DNA of 63,962 bases, counting the filler, from Choristocarpus tenellus KU-1152 (taxonomy: Eukaryota > Protista > Phaeophyceae), in the NCBI GenBank assembly GCA_964200185.2. It is 11 parts of 11 records of this genome, joined end to end, with 100 filler letters (N's around TTAATTAATTAA, not from the genome) between each part and the next. Parts side by side here need not be neighbours in the genome. Positions count along the whole stretch, not along the records: positions 22,816 to 28,304 come from CAXNAD020010629.1; positions 28,405 to 32,944 come from CAXNAD020014095.1; positions 33,045 to 35,707 come from CAXNAD020025850.1; positions 35,808 to 42,575 come from CAXNAD020007390.1; 7 more parts are not named here. One strand, 5' to 3'. Below the pieces are notes generated by a model. The model was not told the origin of the DNA. It did no database searches and worked only from the letters and a program-made list of their open reading frames with translations. The translations under genes and the position numbers were made by a program. This document shows positions 25,960 through 38,312 of this stretch, in pieces. Positions within the stretch are counted from its first letter, which is position 1. Every line of letters starts with the position of its first letter.

Positions 25960-26849
25960 CGGGTTCACATCCGAGACCTCATTCGTAGAATTGAGCACAG
26001 TCCTAATATCCCATGAACTCTTGCCCCAGTCAAGCGAACCCACTGGAACCAACATGGTCAAGTACTCCGCTCTGGAGCCACTGACACCACCCCTGTTGCC
26101 ACCAGAGCCGCCACTGAAGCCACCACCATGGCCACCTCTTCCATGCCCGTCACCTCTACCACTAGCGCCAGTGCCCCTTCCATTCCTACCACTCCCAAGT
26201 TCAAATCCATCGCCTCGCAAGGTGTTGGAAGAGGATGCCACCAGAGCCAAAGAGGAGTCTACGTCTACCAATGGTTCATTAGTTGGTGCTGCTCTGTGAG
26301 GAGCAGTATTGTCGTGATGCTCAGATCCAACTACATTTACCTTCACATTCTGCAACAGTCAGTTACATGAACCCAACCAGGAAAAAGTGAGTGGTAAGTG
26401 AGGGAGGGGAGGTATATTATTGGGTGGTAGGAGAGGGAATGGGCATTGGTTGGGGTTAGCATTGGTCAATTTGTTGGGGGATGGATATCGTGAGCAGCCA
26501 TAACATGCTTTTCACAGGCACTATCAGGAAACATCTCGTGAGCAGAAAGTGTGAGGGGACATCATTTTGACCTTCAAAAAAAAAGATTTTTCAATGGTTT
26601 ACAGTGTCAGCAATGTCGTAACTGTTCCAAAAATATGCTCCAATAAATAAAATAGGAAGATGGGACCAGTGAGCACAAACCACAAACACACAAACACACC
26701 TCTCCTATCCTTCCATGAGTGGCTCTGAGGCCAAGTGGGTTCATCACAGGGCCAGTGACAGGCCTCGCTCCAGGGTGATGGAAGTCATAGGCTGCCTTTG
26801 AAGCTCTATCAATCATACCAGCGCTGGGTGAGGATAGTCTTGGGATTAG
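25960..26849 (-). CDS. Two internal exons of a protein of unknown function with a Gly-rich linker
   Basis: Exon 26849-26700 (LIPRLSSPSAGMIDRASKAAYDFHHPG...RIGE, 150 nt) and exon 26349-25960 (NVKVNVVG...GGHGGGFSGGSGG...EVSDVNP, 390 nt). Both are AG/GT bounded, open and in phase 0. No family recognised. Confidence 0.6.
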
Positions 26850-27965
26850 CTATGGAAGGGCTCAATTGGGTGCTCATGCTATATATGGAGGAGATACATG
26901 TGCCACAAAAACATGAGGTACTGAACTATTCAATGTGTGATTAACCATTAGGGACAAGTCTCTTACAGGATGCTCTCTAATTGTTAGTGTGAGATGTTAA
27001 TGTGAGATGTAACCCAACAAAACACAATATAAAAAGAATGGGGAATAAGTAGAGTCCATATTCATCTAGGCTACTCCATGTCGTATCCTATCACATAAAC
27101 AAAGGTTACACAGTCTGAGATGTTTCTCACTACAATATCTCCCCAATTTCATAGACCAAGTCCAGTCTATACATACATTAATTACTACTGGTCCATGGTT
27201 CGCCCCATTTTCATAGCCCCCCCCTCACCCTCTGCAATTAATACCTTCAAGCTTACCTCATCATGCCATAAGCCTTGGGGCAAAATATGTACGAACTGCT
27301 CTCAGGGGCAGCAAGTACCTCCAGACCTCTGCCCTTCTCACCCTTGCCTCCCCTGACCCGTTCCCGACCTCTTCCTCTCCCCCCCCCATCATGCTTCTTG
27401 CTTGGTCGGTACACCTTGTGTACATTTTGCAAGGGTTAGGGAAGATAGTTTGGGATGAAGTGGAGTGAAGCATTAATAGAACAAATGGAAGGCAGTACCT
27501 GCACAGTATAGTGGCAACAGATATGACAGAGGTGGAATATACTACGAAACTCCCATCAGATCTAGGGCTCAGTCTGTCTCAACAAAGACTAATCACTTTG
27601 CTTCCAGTCTTGCAAGCAATTGTAACACCAGAGAGGCACCTACTCTATCTACTGCACCTACTCTACTTATGCAAATTGACCTCCAGGATACTGCGATCTA
27701 CCACCCCCATTGTGCTGAACTCAAATTGGATGTAAGACTCACCAAAAAGTGGTCATCAAACTGGGGTATCTTACAGCAACTCAAGGTCTTTACCTCCTAG
27801 CGCCTTCAAAACTTGATTTTACCTCTTGAAAGAGGCCCTGCATGCACTCTCTCTAAGCTGCCTCATACGTGATGCACATGCTCTTTATCGCCTTCACAAG
27901 GCCATCTATCGTACTGTAACATTCCCTCCAAACTCTAATTTAAAAAATATAAAGAACCCAAGCCA

Positions 27966-28230
27966 TTCATAAAGTACCTGGAGGGGGGGTGGCGGCGGTC
28001 GATTTTGGGACCCTTTTTTCATGTTGCGATTTTGGGGTAATTTGGATGTAATTTGGATGCATGCGTCCGATGGGTAATATAAGTGCACTTTTCCTGGTTA
28101 TGGCCCAAATGGGTAATGTAAGTGCACTTTTCCTGGTCATGGCCCAAATGGGTAATATAAGTGCACTTTTCCTGGTTATGGCCCAAATGGATAACTTCGT
28201 GTAGACGCCCCCCCCCCCCCCCCCCCCCCC
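27966..28230 (+). mobile_element. MITE family B copy with an internal 39-bp unit repeated three times
   Basis: AAAGTACCTGGAGGGGGGGTGGCGGC left end. GGGTAATATAAGTGCACTTTTCCTGGTTATGGCCCAAAT is repeated three times (about 28072-28188), then runs into the poly-C of the right end. Confidence 0.7.
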
Positions 28231-28665
28231 ACACGTCTCAAAAAAAAACAAGTAGTAGTAAGGGGGGGGGGGCTTCAGACCACTTAAGCGACAAGGCTTT
28301 TCGGNNNNNNNNNNNNNNNNNNNNNNNNNNNNNNNNNNNNNNNNNNNNTTAATTAATTAANNNNNNNNNNNNNNNNNNNNNNNNNNNNNNNNNNNNNNNN
28401 NNNNCCCCCCCTCCCTCCCCCGAACTCACCCCTTGTATGGGAACTTTGCCTAAGAAAATATAAAAAAAACGTGTGAGAAAGAAAAATGCATTGCAGTTGT
28501 CAAAGGCAAAAAAAAAAGAGAAAGGAAGAAACGTAAAAACAACATTGCTGCTCCTGAGTATTCTTTTGTTGATTTGAGCAGGGTGAAAGCGGTATTCGTT
28601 AATGAAGTGTCCATAATCGTAATAGCAACTGTATTCAGGGATAATGCCATCAACTCACGACTCAC

Positions 28666-29724
28666 TCAAGAACGAAGCTCCACTCAAATTTCTCCGCCTC
28701 CGTGACGTATCCCGTGTCTTGCACAAACACCGCGAACTGCTTGTTAGTCACAGGGTGTCGATCAAGACGGAATGTTCTAACTCAAACAAGCAAAACAGAA
28801 CAGAACAGTAGTCAGGTGTTTGGGCATCGGGGATTTTGGTGTCAGATATCACACACAGAGTTACGAATACTACCCCTGTCGGAGACCAGTCAGGTCGTGG
28901 TTGAGGTTGGGTCCGGTTAAGGTTCCCATCGGCTTGGGTGATGGTAGAAGGCTATATCGGGTTAGATTGGAGCTGTGGTCAACTCACAAAGAAAACGAGT
29001 ACCTAGAATTTCAATACGATCGGCAATCCTCATCAACAAGAGTACCCCCCTCCCCCACCCGCAATAATATCGTTCTTAAAGCACATCCATGGGCACACTG
29101 CATGGGTACATGAGGCAAGTGGTGGTGTGGAAGGAATGATCAAAATAGACTTCTGACAGGTTAACTCGAGTGAAATTGAGAGGGTAGAAACAGCAAAGGG
29201 ATGCCAAGATTACTCTGACCTCTCTATGCGCCGAAGCAGCTGCCTTGTGGAGTAAATAGAATAATCGTCAGTAAGAAATATCTCGTTGCACTTGTGGAAA
29301 GGAAGAGTCGTTTCGAGAGGATGTGGAGGGGGCACAATGAAGACGGAATGGATAGCTTCCTGTGGCTTTCCCAGTATCTGGTCGAAATGGCTGTACCCGC
29401 TTACCCCTGAAGCAACAAGAAAGCCCCACATAACTCAAGTGTCACACACCTGACTTTAACACGCTTGTGAGGGAAAAAACCTCCATCTGGTGGTGCCATC
29501 ATTGTCACATCTGGGAAGTCGGTGCCCATAGTAAACGTGCCTCCCTCAATCAAAACCTGCTCTGTCAGCAACATATCTCCCTTGTCCACCCTTTTATGCA
29601 TGTCTGGGTGCACAGAAGGATCTGCCTGTCCTTTGGATACAGCAGGCACCATAGCCGAAAGGAATGCAACGACAACACTGGCACATTGTAGCGCCCGAGA
29701 AGCACTATGTAAACACTTCGGCAT
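28666..29724 (-). CDS. Formylglycine-generating enzyme family protein (SUMF1/SUMF2-like), 5' part
   Basis: Exon 29724-29450 (signal peptide, then VLIEGGTFTMGTD...DG..PHKRVKV) splices in phase 2 to exon 28776-28666 (RTFRLDRHPVTNKQFAVFVQDTGYVTEAEKFEWSFVL), the hallmark N-terminus of the FGE-sulfatase domain. Truncated by the contig end. Confidence 0.92.
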
Positions 29725-29987
29725 ATCGATGACTGACTAGTAAATGACTATGTACGTCACCAACAAGACCTTCCCAACGTTCTAACGGAAGTGTACTTTT
29801 TCAAGGGAAATGGAAACTCAAAATTTCAATTGAGGTATGGTTTGGTATTTGGGATATGATATGTTGACCGACGTTTCTTGTATTTTACGCAAACCAGTCG
29901 AAGTAGTTAGTTGAGTGTGTCCAGAACGGAAAACTCAAGGAGTAGGGTAGGTTAACGGGGACCTCTTTCTGCGCGTGACGAGGAATT
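29725..29987. promoter_or_regulatory. Putative bidirectional promoter region (SUMF-like / NDUFA6)
   Basis: Only 263 bp separate the two divergent start codons; inferred from geometry alone. Confidence 0.5.
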
Positions 29988-31498
29988 ATGGCATCGGGGG
30001 TGGGGAACTACCTCATGAAGAGTCTGCCCTCGGCAACGAGAGTGGAGGGGGCTTCCTCTTCGGTGCAACTATATCGCACCATCACCAAGGAACTGCCCCG
30101 AGTCCTGATCCTGTACGACATCGACATGAGCTTCCAGGAGGTCAGATGGTGCTCAATAGTCGTTTAGTTGTAGGAGTGCATTTCTGGTGTTAAAGGCTTG
30201 AGTAGGCATGTGTTAATTTTCTAAAGGGTGTCATGTTATCTAATCAGTCGACTGGCAGGGATCACCTGTTGTTGGCTCAAGCATACCCAAACGAGGAAGG
30301 CAGGATTAGGCAGAGGAGTAACGTAGAGTGAACACAGCATCGAAATATTTTTCTTGAGCAATACGTGATTGCATATGGAGGATCCGTAGCCCCCTCGCGG
30401 TTCGGAAAGGGTGGGCGGTGCAATGCCTGAGTTTCCGCATTTGAATTGCATCACTGTTGAGAACTTCATTCCAAATTGTTTGTCAGAAGGCCGTTTGGTT
30501 GGAGAAACCAACTCCACTCTACTGTCCTTTGAAGCAATATTTTGTCAATCAAAGGTTATTCTGTGATGCAAGAGCTGAGTTCAAGGGGACAAAACCCTAT
30601 ATTGGCGTATCACCATGACCCCCCGTCTCATTTGCTGCGCTTCTCCCATTCGTGTCATATTGCCAAAAGGGAAAGTGATAGTGGTGTTTTTGAACTGAAG
30701 CACAAGTGATACACAATAGTGGGCCTTTGAAATGTTGATTTGCAAAGTCAGTTTTTTGCTTGTATCTATGTGTACCGGTCAACGTCACAGGCGAGGTCAG
30801 CCCTTGCAGCAAGCTTCCGACGCAATGGCCATCTCAAGGACCCCCGTGTCATTGACACGCTCGTCATGAAAGGCTACATGGAGCTGGAGGAGACCACGAT
30901 GCAGGTGATCGTATTTGTCTGGAGGCGTTTCCAATGACTGGAGGGGTGGCAGTAGTCTGTGGCTTTGCCTTGTGCAACCACCAGGTTGTGGTTATTATAT
31001 GTTTTGTGATTACAATAGCAGCAAATATCTTTTTAAGTGTATGGGATCACAAACAAGTTTAAGACAGGGGAGTTATGTCATGAATTTGAAGGGCACGTAT
31101 TGTAATAGTTGCATGGTCCAAAGTATGTAGTAAGAAACTCGAATCTTCTTACCCAATATATTCTCTTGGTTAAAGCATCTTTGGAAATAACGGAACAAAC
31201 GGAATAAGTTATGCTGAAGTTTGTAGCCTATGATTTTTGTGTGGACGTGATTTTCCTTATCTCTTTAACCACGTCTAGTTTCCTTGATCTGTAGCACAAT
31301 CTGATGTTGAACTTCCCCCTTCCCCTTCTCTCCAAACCAATGATGTCGCAATATGGGGGGAATGCATCTGCATGATTCCGACAATGGCAGTACAAGCAAA
31401 AGACACATTTATTGAAGATTTTGGAGCCCATGAAGCAGAATCCTGCCCGCTCAGTCCGAGATGATTTCATGGACAAGTTCATGGCTGGGACAGACTGA
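29988..31498 (+). CDS. NDUFA6: NADH dehydrogenase (complex I) subunit NDUFA6/B14 (LYR family), complete, 3 exons, 124 aa
   Basis: Exons 29988-30140 (...VQLYRTITKELPRVLILYDIDMSFQE), 30791-30904 (ARSALAASFRRNGHLKDPRVIDTLVMKGYMELEETTMQ) and 31391-31498 (YKQKTHLLK...DFMDKFMAGTD*), all phase 0 GT-AG. LYR, D.RVID.L..KG..EL.E and KQ.TH motifs present. Confidence 0.95.
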
Positions 31499-32759
31499 TT
31501 CACGTTCTTGTATTTTCTCTTTGCTATTTTGGACTTCTATCATTAGGGTGTGCATGAGTTGAGTTTGAGTGGTGACTAGGGGGGGGAAGAGGGTTGCCAT
31601 ATTCAGTTCCTGATTATGAGGGGAGCAAGAAAGCATCCTTTCGGATGGGATTGATAGGTGGTGGCAAGTAGTTCAATGATGTGTTTTGGATGAGCTGCTG
31701 TGCCCCAAACAACCAAACGTAATTTTAGCTCAGAGCGACACAATCCAAGGGCATAGTCAGAGCAGGGGGAAGGTAGAAGAGACTTGTTTTGTCCATTCAT
31801 CCAGGTTGTTAGCTATGGATTAGACTCACACAGTGAAGATATCCACGCCTTCCACACAGATGGAGTTGTGGTGAAGGCTGAGACTTGTACAGTGGGTAGT
31901 ACCCTGGTGCAGGCTGGTGATGTATTAAGGAATGCCCGACTATCTCGCCCATTGTTGTTGTTGCTGTTATTGCTGCTGCTGCATTGGAGTGGATGCAGGT
32001 TTTTCCTTTGGGATTGTGGTTTATGTGAGGGTGGAAGGAGGTGGAAGGAGATCCTTTGCTGTGCCAAGTCACACACTGAGCACATAAAAGTAGGTGTATT
32101 AAGCTACCCACTCAAGCTCTACTTACGATAGCATGCAAGATTTTCGGAATTTTCGGCAAGCCTGCGGGTATGAACTTGGTTGGGGCCAGTTGTGTGAGGT
32201 GTGCCATTGACTGCTCCGATGTGTCGGCCCTCAAGATGCTCTTTTGTTCCCCATTTTGAGGAATAGGCGGCACGTGTCTTTGAGGCAGATCTGATACAGC
32301 AAGTTTTTGGCCAGGTTAGGGTACATCTGCCATGAGCAGAAAGTTTGAATAGCTATATTCCTGCCTTGTATTTGATCACATAACTGAGATGGAACCCCTC
32401 GAATTCTGTTACTTTTCTTTGGTCATATTAACGTTTGAACTATGTGACATACATTGATATCTAGTTCTGATGCCCATGATACTTCAAAGTATACTATTGA
32501 GATGGGAGTATGTGCCTGCGATTTTGTTTGTGTGGAATTTCTCAACCGCTTGTTGGGATCGATTTTTGATGTGGATGTTCTTTATGATACTACTACTATG
32601 ACAACAACGACGACTACTACTACTGCTACTGCCTATGCAAATGCCTACTATATAGCTAGGGTGCACCTACATTCTCTTGGGCATTGTAGCTGCGTGCTAT
32701 CTCTTGGGGTGAGGGCTTGGCGACCAATGTGACGCAATGAGTCTTACAGATGAGTCATA

Positions 32760-32937
32760 GCCTCGAAATATCTCGGGGAGGGTTGGCTGTCTATTCGGAG
32801 CATATTTTTCCATGTCGTGATTTTTAGGTGATTCGGTTGCATGCGTCAGATGGATGATGTAAGTGCACTCCTCCTGGTCAGGGTCCGAATGGACACCCTG
32901 GTGTAGACCCCCCCTCCCCCCCTAGATACTTTGAGTC
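32760..32937 (+). mobile_element. MITE family B full copy (178 bp)
   Basis: Left end GCCTCGAAATATCTCGGGGAGGG, right end CCCCCCCTAGATACTTTGAGTC, 4-bp TSD CATA (32756-32759 / 32938-32941). Confidence 0.8.
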
Positions 32938-33758
32938 CATAGTANNNNNNNNNNNNNNNNNNNNNNNNNNNNNNNNNNNNNNNNNNNNTTAATTAATTAA
33001 NNNNNNNNNNNNNNNNNNNNNNNNNNNNNNNNNNNNNNNNNNNNTTAATCAGTTGCTTCGACGATTGATTTCCCAGCTAGCCCTAACCCTAATTACTACA
33101 AAACCGATATTGTACCATATAAATTCTGTGCCGCATTTTTCGGGCATACCCATGGGTGCAAAAAAATCGGGGTAGGTACTGTACTTCAATCAAGTAATAG
33201 TGCATCTGTTGCCACTCTTGGTGACCGAAAATCCAGGGCTCGAACCCCAATATGAGCGCTCTTTCTTCAAAAACAAAAATGGAGAAAAAAAACGCAGCCC
33301 ATACTCTGGAGGGCCTTGTGACAGCCATCTCGAATATTCTTTATTTTTTCAAATCCGATGTCTGCATCAAAAGGTATGACGGGACAATCCCAAGGGGCGA
33401 AGCTACTGGTACCATCATATCAAGATTTTCTTTTGCCACCGATATCTTTGCGCCAATTGACTGCCTATAATCCCAACTTTAATTTGATATGCTGAACACC
33501 GATCAACTCGCCTTATGTCACCTTGAAATTAATTAAGATGAGTCGATGTCGACAGTTTCCTTCCAGCAAACACGCTCTGTGTGAGGCTTTCGGAACTTAA
33601 CCTTCGCACAGAGCGCACTACAACGTAGAGTGTCCACACAAAACTCGGGACAATGGCTGTGGAAGCCCCTCTGTCGAAGGACACGCTGGATATCGTGGCG
33701 CGGTCTCTACCTCCAGCCTTCAAGTTTCACAGAAGTCGAAGGCTGTGGTTGGGCAGAG

Positions 33759-33999
33759 GAGCGAAAGTATCTTAGAGAGTGTTTGTCCATTTGGGGCTTG
33801 ACTTCTCAAGGTTTTTTATGACATTTCTTCTATTTTGAAATGTTTTGGAGTAGGTAAAATGTACACGCTATAAATTTGTCTGGAACAAGGATATTTGACT
33901 CTTCGTAACAAACACAATGGCCGAAATTACATCAAAATCACAAAATCGGATTTTGGACCCCAAACAGACACAGCTCTACCCTCTAAGATTCTTTGACTC
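33759..33999 (+). mobile_element. MITE family A full copy
   Basis: GAGCGAAAGTATCTTAGAG...CTCTAAGATTCTTTGACTC with perfect 4-bp TSD AGAG (33755-33758 / 34000-34003). Confidence 0.88.
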
Positions 34000-34824
34000 A
34001 GAGGGTACTTGCTGGTGATTGCCGTGTGTCGAGAGGGGACTCGTGCTTGATCGAGTGGACCAGTCAATCACTATAGACCAAGAAATCAAAGGGGGGTCGC
34101 AACTGCAACGGAGAGCGTGTATTCTTGGCCAAGCTCGATGATGAGGGCTGGCTGGCTGGCTGATGTCTGATGAGCTTTTAGGCATAGCAGTGGAGCTGCA
34201 ATAAAAATGAAGAGTTTAGGTTACACACACACAGATGAGACATGAAGTGTTGCGATTCTTCTTCTCTCGTGAAAAACCTCGTGTTGGGAGAGGAGAAACA
34301 GCCCTCCAAGCCGAATACTGGACAATGGATAAACGAATGTCTAAATACCTTGATTTTAGTGAGGAAAATCTTGCCCATCACACATCAACCACCAACTCCA
34401 ACCTATCTCATAATAATAGAGTGATTCAACGGTCACATCAAACTTATTTCGACGAAAATCTCGACTCCAATCAAAAGTTAGAGGAGGACAAATTCTGTCC
34501 TAGAACCCCTCCCAACACCATACAATAGTTACAAAAACCAGGAGGAGTTGGGGTTGAGGAGGTGATGGAGGAAGGTGACGATGGTACACGAGGCAGGCAG
34601 GGGAAAGGAACTAGTATAAGTGGAGGGTTTAACTAAGCTCCGGGAATAGACGCACAGAATTCGATCTCGCAGAAGGGAGAAGGATGGACGGAGAAAGGAA
34701 TGAGCCCACATGGGTATGAGGTGGAGGTGATCGAGGATGGGATGGCAGCCCACGAGATAGGCACGGGCGTGGGGGGAACATAAGCAGAGCACACCACTCC
34801 TCTTCGGGAATAGGTGGACAGGTC

Positions 34825-35707
34825 TTGTTTCTGCAGGATGGCGAAGCCCAGATGGAAAACCGATCGAGCAAACAAGGGGATGGGGCTAGAAGGGTGGTAG
34901 AGACACACGATGATGGTTGCAGGGAGAGGGGACCGCCCCTACATAGCTATGATGAGGAGGCAGGAGAGATGGTGATAAGAGACATTAATGGGATTCGACA
35001 GCCAGCCTCCCCCACCGGGGACCCCAACCCATGCCCATCCCAACAACCACGTCAGCTCATATTGGAACACCGTGCGATCTGTTTTTCCGAGATACAGCAG
35101 CCAGTACTCCCTTTCTCTTGCACACACTCACTGGATCTGGGCTGTGCCTTGGCCCTATACCTCCACGCCAGGCCCCTACATCCCATTCCGTGCCCCACCT
35201 GCCGCACCCCTGCCAGCCTAGTGGTAGAACACTACTACACTGCCATGGAGAGGAGTATGGGAACCAAAGCCTTGATGGAATCCGTCCGCTCACAATCGTC
35301 CTCCACCCCTTTTGCCATCCCACCATTCCACCTACTCTCCATCCCATGCCCCCATCTCCCAGCCCCCCCCCCTTCTTTTCCTCCCTTCCTTAGCTGTCTA
35401 GAGCCTCTCCCCCCAGACCACCAAGGCACCCTCCCTTGTGGATGCTCACTCCACCTCAACTGCATGGTTAGCCTCTGCGAAGATTCCAACCACCCTCTCA
35501 CATGCCCCTACTGTGGAACACACCTACCCATTCCCACCCTTTTCAATTGCACCTACACCACCCTAACTGGCCAAAGACATCCACATGGTGGGCTCATAAC
35601 CCGTCTGAATGATGCCACTGCATCCCAAATCCACCTCTTTTCACTGCACAATATCCCGGGCCAAAGATCACACCCCACCCACCCCGCTCCACAGGTCGGA
35701 GCACCCC
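34825..35707 (+). pseudogene. Intronless ORF with two degenerate RING fingers, probably from a mobile element
   Basis: RING1 (R)AIC...CTHSL(D)LGC...CPTC at about 35071-35206 and RING2 (F)LSC...CGCSLHLNC...CPYC at about 35386-35517. Missing ligands are single-base changes from Cys/His codons. The upstream coding-like sequence contains stops. Runs off the contig end. Confidence 0.6.
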
Positions 35708-35880
35708 NNNNNNNNNNNNNNNNNNNNNNNNNNNNNNNNNNNNNNNNNNNNTTAATTAATTAANNNNNNNNNNNNNNNNNNNNNNNNNNNNNNNNNNNNN
35801 NNNNNNNCCCTTCCCCTGCCTTACCACCAATCGCCTCCCCCCCCCCCCCAGAAAACTGATGAAGGTGGGGGTGTTCTCAC

Positions 35881-37466
35881 ATTGTTGAGGAGTGCCTGCA
35901 GCTTTACCCGACCCGGCTCATCGTCGCTGACCCTCCATACTCTCAAATAGTCCCCTATCAACAATAAACATCAACGATAACCATTATAGATTAAAACAAA
36001 AGAAAAATGTAAATGAACTGTAACTTGTTAAAAAGATGTCAAACAAATCGGTGTAAAAATTATCTACATTGAAAAAAAATAAATCATATCATCACCAAGA
36101 GCACACATCCAAGCACCTCTCCCGTCAACATTGGTGCAAGGGCATGAAAATACAAAACAATAAAACACTATATTTACACAAATAGAGAGCCTCGGCTGTA
36201 AACCGCAGCAGCTCAATGGAAGGCGTGTTAAGACAGAAGAACGTACGGAGTTGCATTTAGAAAATATTATCACACTCCCACTTCAGCACCACGGTAGGGT
36301 GTACATTAAAAATGCTGCATTACACACACTCCCTACAAACGACCAAGCAGTATAATGCATGTGTTTGGGTTGAAGCACGCAGATGTATGCACACATATGG
36401 ATGCATGCGGGTGTTGGTACAGGATGGTCGAGCACTGCAGTCTATGTACTATTGAGATTTAAAAAATAAAATAATCTAAAGGTGAATCGGGGTTAGGAAT
36501 CAGCCAAGGCTCAAAAAAAGGGTATCCTATCTCTCAAGTACTCTTGAAGAAGTCGGGTATATGCAAAAGGTATCTCAAAAACCCTCAACTAAGAAAGCTC
36601 TCGGTATTGTCAGAAGAACACAAAAATTGCAAGGGAGGATCCGAATCTTGGGCTCACAAGTGTACTAAATCTCAGGTACCTACATACCGGTTGTGGCCAT
36701 TAGGTCTGTGCTGCCCTGTGCCTTGTCTGGCGACCACATGATCTTGGTGGGAGGGTAAGGATGATCCAGTTCTCCAGTGCGAACAAAGGATGTCTCTGTT
36801 CGCTCTACAATCTGTCGGGGAATTGTGTCAAACAAAACTTAAGTACGTCGAATGCCCGTTTAGTCAATGTTACATCTGCCAATACCCTCTACTCAGGGCA
36901 AGGCTTGAAAGGCGAATCAAAACAGCGAACTAAAGGGAGAAACTTGTGAAGGCGATGAACCCCTTATCTAAGTGGATCAGCGCGATTAGAGTCGCACTTC
37001 AGCCATCTAAGCACTACCCAAGCAACGCAATAATGTACTCCTGTGTAGCAGTATGAACGTGGCTCTACAGAAAAGGTCAACTACAGAAAAGGCCAACGAC
37101 CTTGGAGCACGATACAGGATTCTCGTCATTACAATCAACATCACCGACCTGACACAATAAGAACCAACGAAAGGTACACGGCGATACTCTCTCTGTCTAC
37201 CCTGCAGTGCAACACCTTCAGGCTTCAGGTGTCTTTAAAAAATGTGATGCCCCCACGTTACCAATACCCCAGAATCGATGAAGGACAGCAGCATAGCTCA
37301 CCTGGACCTTATTGTTGTACTCCTCCGTGAAGCTTCCAACTGCAAGTCGAAAACCATGAGAGTTTTCCATCCGTTGACTCCATGCCATGCCATAGATACA
37401 CCATGGAGCCTCATAAGTGTATATCTCTTTTCGTCGTGCTCCAGATGCTTGATCCCCCATACTCAT
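35881..37466 (-). CDS. DCAF7: WD40 protein DCAF7/WDR68 (TTG1/AN11 family), 5' part
   Basis: Exons 37466-37302 (MSMGDQ...RKEIYTYEAPWCIYGMAWS...FRLAVGSFTEEYNNKVQ), 36811-36688 (IVER...DHPYPPTKIMWSPD...DLMATT) and 35954-35881 (GDYLRVWRV...LLNN); phases consistent. Confidence 0.96.
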
Positions 37467-38087
37467 ACCCACCCTCCCACGTGACGCTCAAAGCCTAAAT
37501 AATCCTGGAGAAATCTTCCGCGAAGACTATTTTCTCAGCTTACAAACTTGGTATTTCAATCCAGTGTGTTAATGTTACTGTGACTTGAAAATTTACTTCT
37601 CAACTTTCAAAGACTGATATAGTCAACACCACACGTCCCAGGTGCAAGCGCTTCCCCCAATCAACCCCTCTCCCCTCTACCACCACGTTGTAGCTTATCC
37701 CTGCTCGAGACCGAAGTGACACATGTAACAAGGAAGAAGTAGACAAGATGGTATGACTGAAGTTGTAGGTTAAGGGGAGAGGACCCATATTTGGGATTGT
37801 ACCATTTCCAAAACGGCATCCCTAACCCTATTTTGTGAAAATATGAAATGTGTCATGAACGTAAACACATATTCTCCAATGAGTAAGTGCGTGTCTTAAT
37901 GGTTTAGTTTGTCGAAGAATGTCCCCGTAGGTGGATCGTCCTTGGAAAGACGAAGCTGCGGTGGCCTCCATCACTTAACTAGCTCGTAAGACGTGGTTTG
38001 GTGTCGAGGTCCTAGGCGATCCTCGACGCTCAAGGATAGACGTTGAGGTTGCCCCCAACTTTCAACGACCCAAAACCCAGGGCAGGG

Positions 38088-38312
38088 ATGCGAGTCCTCA
38101 CGGCGTCAATCATTGCCCTGGGAGGAGGATCTGGTGTTACCGGTTTCCTGCAAACGCCTGGAATTGGACACCATGCTGCCAAAGCTCCTTCATCGAATGC
38201 ATTTCCCTCGAAACCGCAGTGCACCATCGCTGGTCAACATGACATGTTGAGCTTTGGAGGGAGTTCGATCTCGGCAACAGGCGGGGTCGTAAATGGACGC
38301 TCTGGACTCAAG
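38088..38312 (+). CDS. First exon of a probable plastid-targeted protein
   Basis: MRVLTASIIALGGGSGVTG|FLQTP...: signal-like peptide followed by Phe, then a Ser/Ala-rich, acid-poor transit-like stretch, ending at AAG|GTAAGG. Downstream exons not identified. Confidence 0.6.

Noticed and set aside
25991-26299. Pro-rich plus-strand ORF
   Set aside because: Antisense shadow of the Gly-rich minus-strand exon, which has proper splice sites.
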